Below are positions 18,211 to 27,500 of a DNA stretch of 52,433 nucleotides, one piece after another. Source of the DNA: a candidate division WOR-3 bacterium. Its GTDB lineage: Bacteria > SDB-A. A program made the translations under genes and the position numbers. The notes under the pieces were generated by a model that saw only the letters and a list, made by a program, of their open reading frames with translations, was not told the DNA's origin and made no database searches. Every line of letters starts with the position of its first letter. Within the stretch, counting starts at the first letter, position 1. Where the stretch lies: positions 1 through 52,433 of the forward strand of contig JAFGIG010000030.1 in assembly GCA_016929715.1 (NCBI GenBank). The letters are read 5' to 3'.

Positions 18211-19829
18211 CTTTCCTCCACTATAATCCTGTTGACGATTGCTCCGCTGACGACCGAATTCATCTCTATTTCGCGAATTGCCAAAACTTTCAAAGCGGTG
18301 AAATTCGGCACCGCATTTATGTTTCCGTATTTAAGTATGCTCATGACCGAAACAGGAGTCCTTGAAAGAACATCCGCTCCCAGAGCGAGTTCAGCTTCTT
18401 TTTCGTATAAAACGATGTAAACTTTATTGTTAGAAGGCTGTTTTTCGAGCGCATCTAACAATTCGTCAAAACCGCGGTAATCAGACCAAAGAGGATTTTC
18501 CATAGAAAAAAAAAGCGAAAGGTTCAAAGCGTCGCAGGCGATAATGCCGAGAGTGTCGGGAAAATTGATCCCTTCGAAAGCTATATCGGTATTTACGACC
18601 CGGACGCGTGAATCGCCGAGTTCGAATGAAAGCGTCACCGACAATGTTTCGCCGGGGCTTATTTTCGACGCGCTCAACATCATATTCTTTATACTCGCTT
18701 TATTCGGCTCTCTTGAGCTGGCGATAATAACAGATACGGAATCAGGATAAACCCTGCGGAAAGAATTTGTCGCGATGATATTCAGAACCGACAATATTCC
18801 GTATGTCCAGCTGTCGCTCAAGGAATTTATTCCGTTGAATGAGTTGGATAAAGAAAGTTTTCTTCCCGCCGGAAGATGCAACTCGGTTCTGACGCTGAAA
18901 AAACCTCCATAACTGTAAAGGGAGCTCGTCTGAAGCGCGCTCAAAGAGAGCACAGGCACGAGAACAGGAGTGAAAAGCGAACTGCGGCAAACCCAGAATT
19001 CAAACTTTTTTTCGATATCTTCCGAACATACAATAACTTTCACGGGTATTACCTCCGGCACCGGCCCGATAATTCCCGAAACTGCTGTCGAGACATCACT
19101 TGTGATAGTTCCGGCAAGGTTAGTAGGAGAGGCCATCTTGAATCCGAGAGTGGAAAGAGGCATGACTGTATTGACGAAACCTCCGGCCATCGGATACTCG
19201 CAAGCTCCTTCTCCGAGAAAAGGGTGCCCGAAGCCGATTACAGTGTCTCCTTTTACGAGAGTGACGGTGCCTGTCGCTGCAACAGTCGCATCACCTCCCG
19301 CGAGAACAACACTCAGGACGCTTCCCGGCGATATTTGAGTTTCAATATCTTTTTCCCCTGAACCTTCGCTGAGAGTGAAATTATCAGGAAGATGATCGCC
19401 CAACAGTTCCGCAGCAGCAAAAGACAGGCCTGAAACGGATATACAGACCTCGTATTTCCTCAATCTGCCGCTCTCGATGAATCCCGAAAGGCCGTATTTA
19501 ACATCTTCCATCATTTCTTCAATGGGAGTGATTCCTGCTATCGGTTCTCTGCTGTCGGACCACGCCGCGGAAAGAGCTCCTATCAGAACGCCTTCGTAAT
19601 AAACCGGACTGCCGCTCATTCCGTAGAGAACGCCGGTTTTTTCGAAAAATTCTCCCTCGCACTTCGCTATTATCATATTTCCTGAAATTCTTCCAGAACT
19701 TACAGTTGTTATATAACTCAGTTCAAATGTGTCTATGCGGGTTCCCTTGAAAACCGAAAGTCCCGTCAGAGTTGCGCCTTCAGGAATCCAAACAGAAGCA
19801 AAGAGACATGAAAAAAAAATAGCATTCAT
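18207..19829 (-). CDS. SpoIVB-like peptidase (MEROPS S55) long form
   Basis: GVLYGMSGSPVY..G.LIGALS and AGITPIEEM, then GTVT..GDTVIGFGHPF and G.I..D..TAVSG.IG. Confidence 0.8.
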   Translation of the reverse strand: MNAIFFSCLFASVWIPEGATLTGLSVFKGTRIDTFELSYITTVSSGRISGNMIIAKCEGEFFEKTGVLYGMSGSPVYYEGVLIGALSAAWSDSREPIAGITPIEEMMEDVKYGLSGFIESGRLRKYEVCISVSGLSFAAAELLGDHLPDNFTLSEGSGEKDIETQISPGSVLSVVLAGGDATVAATGTVTLVKGDTVIGFGHPFLGEGACEYPMAGGFVNTVMPLSTLGFKMASPTNLAGTITSDVSTAVSGIIGPVPEVIPVKVIVCSEDIEKKFEFWVCRSSLFTPVLVPVLSLSALQTSSLYSYGGFFSVRTELHLPAGRKLSLSNSFNGINSLSDSWTYGILSVLNIIATNSFRRVYPDSVSVIIASSREPNKASIKNMMLSASKISPGETLSVTLSFELGDSRVRVVNTDIAFEGINFPDTLGIIACDALNLSLFFSMENPLWSDYRGFDELLDALEKQPSNNKVYIVLYEKEAELALGADVLSRTPVSVMSILKYGNINAVPNFTALKVLAIREIEMNSVVSGAIVNRIIVEER

Positions 19830-19838
19830 CTTAAATGC

Positions 19839-20447
19839 CTATATAGAAATGGAAACTTTGTTCATGTTGAAAAGTATGTGGTCGAGGTGATATCCTTCAG
19901 CTTCCGCGATTTTTGTCAATCCGAGAGTTTTGTTGAATCTGTTGGAATAACCCTCCGGAAATTCCGGGAACTGCAGTATGAACCATTTGTTGTCTTTCGC
20001 CTCAACCCGGATTATTCTTTGTTCATATGTGCTTTTGTGAAGATAAGTTTTTCCTTTTACAGTGACTCCGAAATCTATGAGCCTCACCATAACCGTCGCA
20101 AGAAGAGCTCTTTCTTCGACAATCCTCTTTTCAGGCTTGTTTCCTGTCGGCATCATAGGTTTGAGGTCGAAAAGGAAAATTATATCGCCTGCCGGTATCT
20201 GATAACTCGAATAAACTCTCAGGGGAGGGTTATCCCATTTGTTCTCGCCTTCAACAACAAGCTCCGAAACCTCGACGTCTCCGCCATGGGGAGAACCGTA
20301 GAAATTCAAAAAGTCTTTGTGCCCGACGTTGACGCCGTTGAAAAAAAATCCTTTGTCTATAGACCTCACCAAATTCTCATCTATCCATCCTGTTATCTTC
20401 GATGTTTTTGTAAGAACCACTGTTTTCCGCAGGCCGGGAACGAGCAT
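19839..20447 (-). CDS. Hypothetical protein, apparently two tandem small beta domains (DUF6812-like)
   Basis: Strong AGGAGG RBS. The two halves share the pattern V.v.t....i.G.....F.........i....I.F. The family call is tentative. Confidence 0.55.
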   Translation of the reverse strand: MLVPGLRKTVVLTKTSKITGWIDENLVRSIDKGFFFNGVNVGHKDFLNFYGSPHGGDVEVSELVVEGENKWDNPPLRVYSSYQIPAGDIIFLFDLKPMMPTGNKPEKRIVEERALLATVMVRLIDFGVTVKGKTYLHKSTYEQRIIRVEAKDNKWFILQFPEFPEGYSNRFNKTLGLTKIAEAEGYHLDHILFNMNKVSISI

Positions 20448-21288
20448 AGACTCCTCCTTTTTCCTTCAGTTTTTCAAGGATATTATAATCAATATCATAA
20501 TCGAATTTCAACAAATCTCTTCCGGATATTCCGTGATAATCCGTCCCCGCTGTCATTACCAGTCCGTAATCCCGTGCCTGCCTTGAAAACTCGTGTATCT
20601 GCTCGTGCGTGTGGGAAGGGTAATACACCTCGATTCCGTCGAGTCCGCTGTCTATCAATTTGAACAGTATTCTTTCGTATTCGGTTTTTGAAGGATAACC
20701 TTCTCCCGGATGAGCAAGGCATGCTACGCCCCCCGCCGAGTGTATTACCTCAATTCCCTCGCCGATTTCCAACCTGTATCTGGGAAGATAAGCCCTTCTG
20801 CCTTTTGCCAGATATTTAGCGAAAGCTTCGTGATAATTCTTTACGAATCCGACGGATACCATTGCCGCAGCGATGTGCAGTCTTCCGAGATTCTTTTTCT
20901 TACCTGATTTTTGTGCCAGCTCTTCATAGTCGAGGGAAAAACCGTCTTTTTCGAGTTTTTTAAGTATTTCTCTGTTCCTTCTCTCTCTCGAAGCGGAAAT
21001 TTTTTCCAGCGCCTTTTTCAGGGCGCTGTTATCCGGATCGAAAAGATATCCAAGGAGGTGGCATGTCGCCTTCTCTCCTGCTTCCAGACTCAACTCAACT
21101 CCGCTGATAACTTCGAGAGAATATTCATTTCCCATTATTTTCGCCGGGTAGTATCCCTCTATTGTGTCGTGGTCTGTTATGGCTATTGTCTTAAGTCCGC
21201 ACTTAAAAGCTTTTAATGCGATTATTTTGGGTTCGTCCTTTCCGTCGGAGCACGTAGTGTGTAGATGCAGGTTCAGTTTAGAGAGCAT
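20377..21288 (-). CDS. PHP-domain phosphoesterase (YciV/TrpH-like)
   Basis: LHLHTTCSDG, AITDHDT, GVELS, HLLGY, GRLHIA, LAHP, DGIEVYY..H, GTDYHG. Confidence 0.9.
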   Translation of the reverse strand: MLSKLNLHLHTTCSDGKDEPKIIALKAFKCGLKTIAITDHDTIEGYYPAKIMGNEYSLEVISGVELSLEAGEKATCHLLGYLFDPDNSALKKALEKISASRERRNREILKKLEKDGFSLDYEELAQKSGKKKNLGRLHIAAAMVSVGFVKNYHEAFAKYLAKGRRAYLPRYRLEIGEGIEVIHSAGGVACLAHPGEGYPSKTEYERILFKLIDSGLDGIEVYYPSHTHEQIHEFSRQARDYGLVMTAGTDYHGISGRDLLKFDYDIDYNILEKLKEKGGVYARSRPAENSGSYKNIEDNRMDR

Positions 21289-21297
21289 TGAGCGCCA

Positions 21298-21888
21298 TTA
21301 AATCCTGATTTCGCCTTTGCTTATTTTCCCGACAGTTTGTGTATAGAGCAAATGTTCGGCTTCAAGCACCTTCTTTGCGAGCGACGCTGGAGTATCATCT
21401 CCTAAAACTTCTACAGGTTCATGCGAGAGTATATCTCCGGAATCGTAATTTTCATTGACCAAATGGACGGTTGGACCTGTATATTTAACTCCGCTTTCAA
21501 GGACTTTTAGGTGGACCTTTTCGCCGAACATTCCTTTCCCGCCGAATTCCGGAAGCGGAGCAGGATGAATATTGACAATCCTTCTGCTGAAATCACAAAG
21601 CAGGGGATCCCTGACAAGCTCGTCGTAACCAGCCAAAGCTATAAAATTCACGCCGATATCCGATAAAAGACACGACATATGACGATATCTCCCTTTAGGA
21701 TAGTTTTTTTTCGAAAATAGAAACGCCGGCAGACCACAGTTACGCGCTGCTTCTAAGCCTTTTGCACTTTCCCTGTTGGAGACGACGCACAAGATTTTTC
21801 CTCTGATCTCTCCGGAGTCGCATGCGTTTTTTAACGCCAGCATATTCGAACCTCTGCCGGATATCAAGACGGCGATTTTAAGAATCAA
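21298..21888 (-). CDS. purN: Phosphoribosylglycinamide formyltransferase
   Basis: IAVLISGRGSN, LAGY, VNIHP.PLP.FGGKGMFG..VH, TGPTVHLV...YDSG, EH.LY. Confidence 0.95.
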   Translation of the reverse strand: MILKIAVLISGRGSNMLALKNACDSGEIRGKILCVVSNRESAKGLEAARNCGLPAFLFSKKNYPKGRYRHMSCLLSDIGVNFIALAGYDELVRDPLLCDFSRRIVNIHPAPLPEFGGKGMFGEKVHLKVLESGVKYTGPTVHLVNENYDSGDILSHEPVEVLGDDTPASLAKKVLEAEHLLYTQTVGKISKGEIRI

Positions 21889-21903
21889 AGATTTTCCGCG
21901 GTC

Positions 21904-22479
21904 TCAATGCCTGAACATAGACAAAATAGAAAAAAACACCGCGACTATCGAAGCTATGAGCGCGATTATGCTTGCGATGATAGGTTTGATGTCGTTTTTC
22001 TGCTTTGCGAGCTCAGATATAAGATTCTGCTGTTCAAAAAATTTTTTCTTAAGATTTTCCACGTCTCTGGTTAAATCGTTTGTTCCGAACTTTCTGTTGT
22101 CGTCGAACCTGTTATGTTTTTCGTATCTATCCGTTCTATTTACTTTTTTGTCCTGATACTGAAAAGACGACTGTCTGTTTTCGTTGGGCTTAAACTTTAC
22201 GTCGGTCTTTCCGGGATATCTTTTTCTTTCGGGAAACTGATCTTTTCTCGAAAAGCTTTTCTTTACCTTGTCTTTATTCTCTATTGATATCGAATGCTCC
22301 TTCGGTCCGTCTTTTACGGCTTGATTTTTATCTTGGTTTACCGATGCAGGGACTTGTTGTTTATCGTTTATTACACGTCCTTCCGAACCGGCACCGACTT
22401 TTTTTTCAGTCTCAATTTTTACTTCCACGTCGTGCGCCGAGCCTCTCGATCCGGGTCCTTTTCTCTTTGTCTCATCCAT
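21904..22479 (-). CDS. Hypothetical tail-anchored protein (charged disordered N-terminus, coiled coil, C-terminal TM)
   Basis: AGGAG RBS and an 8-bp ATGGATGA overlap with the nadC stop. K/E/D/N-rich body and C-terminal IIASIIALIASIVAVFFSILSMF. Confidence 0.7.
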   Translation of the reverse strand: MDETKRKGPGSRGSAHDVEVKIETEKKVGAGSEGRVINDKQQVPASVNQDKNQAVKDGPKEHSISIENKDKVKKSFSRKDQFPERKRYPGKTDVKFKPNENRQSSFQYQDKKVNRTDRYEKHNRFDDNRKFGTNDLTRDVENLKKKFFEQQNLISELAKQKNDIKPIIASIIALIASIVAVFFSILSMFRH

Positions 22480-23329
22480 TTTTTTCTCCTTTTCTCACAA
22501 TGTCGAGGGCGATATCGAGCGATCTGTATGAATGGGTAAGCTTACCCACTGAAACAAAATCCACTCCAAGGGAAGAAAGAGTTTTTATCTTTTTTTCGTC
22601 AATTTTTCCCGAGACTTCAACTTCAGATCTGCCGGCGATTATCTTCATCGCTTTCTCGATATCTCTCAGATCCATGTTGTCGAGCATTATCCTGTCCGCG
22701 CCTTCTTTCAGCACAGCAGGTATCTGCTCTAATTTTGACACCTCGACTTCTATAAACTGTCCGGGAAAGCGTCTTTTAGCTTTGGCTATCGCCAGAGCCG
22801 CATCATTGTCACAGGAAGCTATATGATTGTCCTTTATCAGAACCATGTCGAAAAGGCCGAACCTGTGATTGACGCCCCCTCCTTTAAATACACTGTATTT
22901 CTCAATCTTTCTCTTGCCGGGAAAAGTCTTTCTCGTGTCGAGAATTTTTGTTTTTTCTCCGGCTTTTCTGACAAACTTTCCCGTGAGAGTAGCTATCCCG
23001 GACATTCTCTGAAGATAATTGAGAGCCACTCTTTCACCGGTCAAAATCGCTTTCAGCTTTCCTTCGATTTCTGTTAAAACATCTCCTTTTTTGATTTTAT
23101 CTCCGTCTTTTTTGCACGCCGCGAAGCGCACGCCTGAATCGAGCATCCTAAAAGTCTCTTTTGCGAACTCCATGCCCGCGAGTATTCCTTTTTCACGGGT
23201 TATGATAACCGCCGAAGCGCTGTCGCCGTTTTCGACGAGGGCTTCGGTCGTCAAGTCGCCTTTGCCGACGTCTTCCTTTAGTGCGAGCAAAACTTCTTCC
23301 CGAATTTCTTCGTCAGTGAAATCTATCAG
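22472..23329 (-). CDS. nadC: Quinolinate phosphoribosyltransferase (nicotinate-nucleotide diphosphorylase)
   Basis: ALKEDVG.GDLTT, ERVALNYLQRMSGIATLT, DTRKT.PG, NHR.GL.DMVLIKDNH, EVEV, IMLDNM. Start extended to CTG at 23329 behind AAGGAG (see findings). Confidence 0.95.
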   Translation of the reverse strand: MIDFTDEEIREEVLLALKEDVGKGDLTTEALVENGDSASAVIITREKGILAGMEFAKETFRMLDSGVRFAACKKDGDKIKKGDVLTEIEGKLKAILTGERVALNYLQRMSGIATLTGKFVRKAGEKTKILDTRKTFPGKRKIEKYSVFKGGGVNHRFGLFDMVLIKDNHIASCDNDAALAIAKAKRRFPGQFIEVEVSKLEQIPAVLKEGADRIMLDNMDLRDIEKAMKIIAGRSEVEVSGKIDEKKIKTLSSLGVDFVSVGKLTHSYRSLDIALDIVRKGEKNG

Positions 23330-23350
23330 GAAAGACTCCTTCTCAAATTT

Positions 23351-24454
23351 TCAGATTATTTCCGAATAAAGGACAGTGCAATTTTTTCCGCGTCTTTTGG
23401 CATCATACATGGCTTTATCAGCAAAAAACAGCAATTCATCTTCATTTTTTACGCTTGGGATTTTTGAAATTTCAGCGATTCCAAGACTTATTGTTTTCCT
23501 GAAAACTGATTTTTTTGAATTAAATTCGAGGGCGGATATTTTCTTCCTTATTTTCTCAGCTATTTTTCCCGCCTGAATTTCATCAGTGTTAGGAAGAATC
23601 ATTAAAAATTCCTCACCTCCAAATCTACCGGCGGTATCTTCTTTCCTAACTCCGTCGAAAATAATTCCGGCTATCTTTTTGAGAACTTCATCTCCTACGA
23701 GGTGGCCGTGCTCGTCGTTGCACTTTTTGAAGTCGTCTATATCTATCATTACGCAGGACAGCGGAGACTTTTGTCTTTTTGCCCTGCTGAATTCTTTTAT
23801 AAGCGAATCCATTACATAAGCTCTGTTGTGGATGCCAGTAAGTTTGTCTGTTATCGCTGTCCTGTAAAGTTCCGTATTCTTTTTTTTCAGCTCCGAGTTG
23901 AGCATTTCAATTTTTACGTTGATTTTTCTGAGTTCTTCGTTTCTCTTTTCGAGCTCATGTTTTGCGCTTTCAAGTTCTTTGTAAAGGTCTTTTATCTTTT
24001 TCAGGTGCCCGAGCTGTATCAGATTTGTTCCGTCGGACCTTTTTAGCTTTTCAATAATTGCGTCAACAATATTCGAATAAGTTGCCGGTATCGCCTCGAA
24101 TATTTTTGAAAGCTCATTTGGTTCTACAACGGCTATCTCAGCGCCGGATACCGCGTAAACGCTCGCTGTAGTTGTCTTGTCGTGTCCGAGAACGCCCAGT
24201 TCGCCGAAAATATCTCCCTCATTTCTAGTCGCTATATGCACTTTTTTGCCGCCGGGCATCTCTTTTGTGACTTTTACACTGCCCCCGAGTATAAGAAAAA
24301 GATTCCCCGCGGGTGCATTCTCCTCAATTATCAGTTGGTCCGGTTTGAAATCCCTTACAAAGAAATACTCTTTTGGTATCTTTTTTATCTCTTCGGGACT
24401 GACATTCTTGAAAAAACGATTATCCGAAAGTTTTGAAACAGTGTTTGTATCCAT
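23351..24454 (-). CDS. Diguanylate cyclase with N-terminal cyclic-nucleotide-binding domain and coiled coil
   Basis: cNMP-like domain (IIEENAP...LFLILGG.VKV...GDIFGE), coiled coil, TDKLTGIHNR, DIDDFK..ND.HGH.VGDEVL, RKED I-site, GGEEF, ADKAMY.AK..GKN. Confidence 0.93.
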   Translation of the reverse strand: MDTNTVSKLSDNRFFKNVSPEEIKKIPKEYFFVRDFKPDQLIIEENAPAGNLFLILGGSVKVTKEMPGGKKVHIATRNEGDIFGELGVLGHDKTTTASVYAVSGAEIAVVEPNELSKIFEAIPATYSNIVDAIIEKLKRSDGTNLIQLGHLKKIKDLYKELESAKHELEKRNEELRKINVKIEMLNSELKKKNTELYRTAITDKLTGIHNRAYVMDSLIKEFSRAKRQKSPLSCVMIDIDDFKKCNDEHGHLVGDEVLKKIAGIIFDGVRKEDTAGRFGGEEFLMILPNTDEIQAGKIAEKIRKKISALEFNSKKSVFRKTISLGIAEISKIPSVKNEDELLFFADKAMYDAKRRGKNCTVLYSEII

Positions 24455-24479
24455 TTGCCGCCTTTTTTATAGCAAAAGC

Positions 24480-24508
24480 ATTCTATATCATGGAATGTTA
24501 TTTTTCAA
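24480..24508 (-). promoter_or_regulatory. Putative sigma70 promoter for the cNMP-GGDEF/nadC run
   Basis: TTGAAA (24508-24503), 17 nt spacer, TAGAAT (24485-24480). AAGGCGG precedes the ATG. Confidence 0.6.
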
Positions 24509-24525
24509 CAACAGATTGCTAGCTG

Positions 24526-24554
24526 TTGACAAAGCCGCGAGAGAATTATAAATA
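24526..24554 (+). promoter_or_regulatory. Putative sigma70 promoter for the cyclase gene (little or no leader)
   Basis: TTGACA at 24526-24531. AT-rich -10 candidates TATAAA (24547-52) or TAAATA (24549-54) lie 5-7 nt before the ATG. No SD. Confidence 0.4.
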
Positions 24555-24559
24555 CTCCT

Positions 24560-27500
24560 ATGCGCGATTTAGTTCCCTTTTTCATAACCCAAAATTACTC
24601 AAAAGACTTAAAAGAAGGAAAGTTCAGAGCCGCTGTCCTTTTCGTGGACATAACCGGTTTTACCCAGATGACAAAAAGACTTATGGAAAAGGGGACCGAA
24701 GGCATAGAAATACTGACCCTGACAATAAACGACGTGTTTACACCTGCTATTACAGCTGTTCGGGCTCGAGGAGGATTCATCTCGGTTTTCGGCGGAGACG
24801 CTTTTTACTCTCTTTTTAACTCAAAAACAATAGGTTTCAAGCAAAACGCCCTTTCTGCAGCTCAGGAGATTACCCGTCTTTTCTCTGAGTTCGGCATAAA
24901 AAAAACAGGAGCCGGCGTTTTCGAGTTATCTGTAAAAACGGGTCTTTCCATGGGCGAAATCGAATGGGGAATTATACAAAATCCTCATCAAAACACATAT
25001 TATTTCAAAGGTGATCCGCTCGATTCAGCCTCTAATATTCAAAGGTATTGCGCCAAAAATCACGTCGTAGTAGACAAAAATTTTGTGGACTCATTCAGGA
25101 ACCGAAAGAGATTCAGTCCTGTCGGGGAAGGAGCGTTCACTCCAGATTTCACAGCAAACCCTCCGAATTCGACCACACAGTTAGTCAAACGCAGAAATGC
25201 CAAACAGAAAGAATTCATGCCGGCAACCCTCTTGGACGGCTCCGTTAAAAGTGAATTCAGAGAAGTAGTGAGTATTTTTATATCGTTTGCCGATTCCCCT
25301 CTTTTTCGAGAAAAAATATCAAAAGTCATAGACATCGTCAATGAGACAGGCGGATATTTTAACAGAGTGAGTTACGGCGACAAAGGAGGCTTCATACTAG
25401 TTTTTTACGGGGCTCCGGAAGGCAGGGAGCTTCTCTGCGAGAGAGCCGCAAAGATGGCTCTGTCAGTCGCCGCAATACCACATTTTATGATATGCGCCGG
25501 AATAACCTTCGGAATGTGTTTTTCCGGCTTCACCGGAACTGAAGAAAGAGCCGAATACACCTGCCAGGGAGAAAGAGTCAACCTCGCCGCGAGGCTGATG
25601 ACGTTAAAAAAAGACAACCTGCCTCCGGAACCGAGAATATTGACGGATTACGTGGTCAAGGAAAAACTTTCGTATTCATTCAGTTTTGAATTCGTCTGCG
25701 ATTCCGTCTTAAAAGGTTTTGACGATCCGGTTCCTGTTTTCTGTCTCAAAGGAGAAAAAACAATGAGTCAAATCCTCAGAGGCGAAGCAGTCGGCAGAGA
25801 AAGACATTTCGAAAAAGCGTCCGAGGTTTTCAACAAGACAATCGAAAGCGGGGTTTTCGGAGGAATCCTCAAGATAGAAGGCGAAGCGGGAACAGGCAAG
25901 AGCTTTTTTGTGGCGGAACTTGTCAAAAGGCATCCGTCTTTCAACTGGATTTTCATGCCCTGCGACCAGATCTTCAAATACTCTCTAAACCCCGTCAAAC
26001 ATTTTCTGAATCTTTTTTTTGGGTTTGGAGAAAAAGCGGCTGAAAATGATAAAATCTCATCGGCGAAAGAAAAACTCGTAAAGATTTTTTCCGGAGAAGA
26101 TTTTTTGGATTCAGGTGAAATTGACGTCATGCTCTTTTTCTTATGCCAGGTAGCCGGCCTGAAATACGAAGACCCTAATTTCGCATCTTTAGACCAGAAA
26201 AACAGAAAAGACATGATCCTGCATTACACTAAGCTGTTTATTAAAACCCTCTCGAAAAAAAAACCGACAATAGTTTTTTTTGACGACTTTCACTGGATAG
26301 ACGATGACACGCTTGATTTAGCAAAATCCCTCTGCCATGGCACTGAAAAAAACCCTTTAATCCTAGTTACGGCCTCCCGCAGGGCTGAATCCGGCGAAAA
26401 TATATTCCAAGACGCCCGGGTGTCTGAGATATCACTCAAACCTTTCAACCGCGAAGATTCTTTCGAACTTGCGAAAAAAATACTCAAAACCGAAGACATT
26501 CCTCAACCCACCCTCGAATTTATCTTCGATAGATCTGAGGGAAACCCATTTTACATCGAACAGACCATTCGTTTTCTTCTCGAAAACGGATATTTCGACC
26601 TTGATTTCAGGTTGAGCTCTGATGCCTCTTTCATCCCTTCCGGTATCAGGTCAATAATTATCTCAAGGTTCGACCGGTTCGGCAGAGATTTGAAAAATGC
26701 CATGATCCGCGCGTCTGTTCTCGGCAGGGAATTTTCCACAGAAATTCTCGCAAAAATGATTTCCGCTAAAAATATTGAAAGAATTCTCGGCGAAGGCGAA
26801 AAGAACGTGGTCTGGATGCCTCAGGGAACCGGACTGTATTCTTTCAGCCACGCGCTCATAAGAGATTCAGTTTATGAAATGCAGTTAAAAAGCGAGCTGA
26901 GAATACTTCACCGCGACGCTGCGAGAGCCTACGAAAATCTGCCTGAGGACTACAAAGAAAAAAACACGGGAATTATAGCCTTTCACTATGATTTGTCAGA
27001 CGACAAGGATAAGGCTCCTGTCTATCTTAAAAAAGCTTTTCTTCTCGCTCAAAAATCCTTTTCAACCATAGATTCTCTGCGGTTTTGCGAAGCTCTCGAC
27101 AAATACTTGGAGCAGGGAAAAGAAAAACTCGAAAACTCTATAAAGAGAATTCGCCTGATTTCCGTCACGGGAAAGCTTGAAAAAGCCGAAGAGATAGCCC
27201 AAAAAACCCTCGCAGACTGCGAAGACGAAATCTCCCTTGCCGCAGAATGTCTTATCAGCCTTTGCGAAATCACTTTGAAACTTTTCAAAATGGACAAAAA
27301 TCTCGAATACCTTAAAAAACTCGATGTTCTTTCGGAAAAGCTCGAAGACAAAAAAATAAGAACTGAACTTTTCAAGCTCTATGGATTTTACTGGCACAGC
27401 CATGAAGATGAAAAAAAGGCTGTTGTATATTTCCAAAAAGCCCTGAATCTGACAAGAATCACAAAAGACAAAAAAGCCGAAGCAAAATGCCTTTCAGATA

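Noticed and set aside
19878-20663. 261-aa plus-strand ORF
   Set aside because: Antisense to the PHP gene and the RBS-supported hypothetical gene, with no recognisable motifs.
23329-23353. The GGDEF gene's TGA is in frame with nadC (7 open codons between), suggesting readthrough or selenocysteine fusion
   Set aside because: One-in-three chance. The spacer contains a good SD for independent nadC initiation, there is no SECIS-like hairpin, both domains are complete, and TGA ends many other genes normally.
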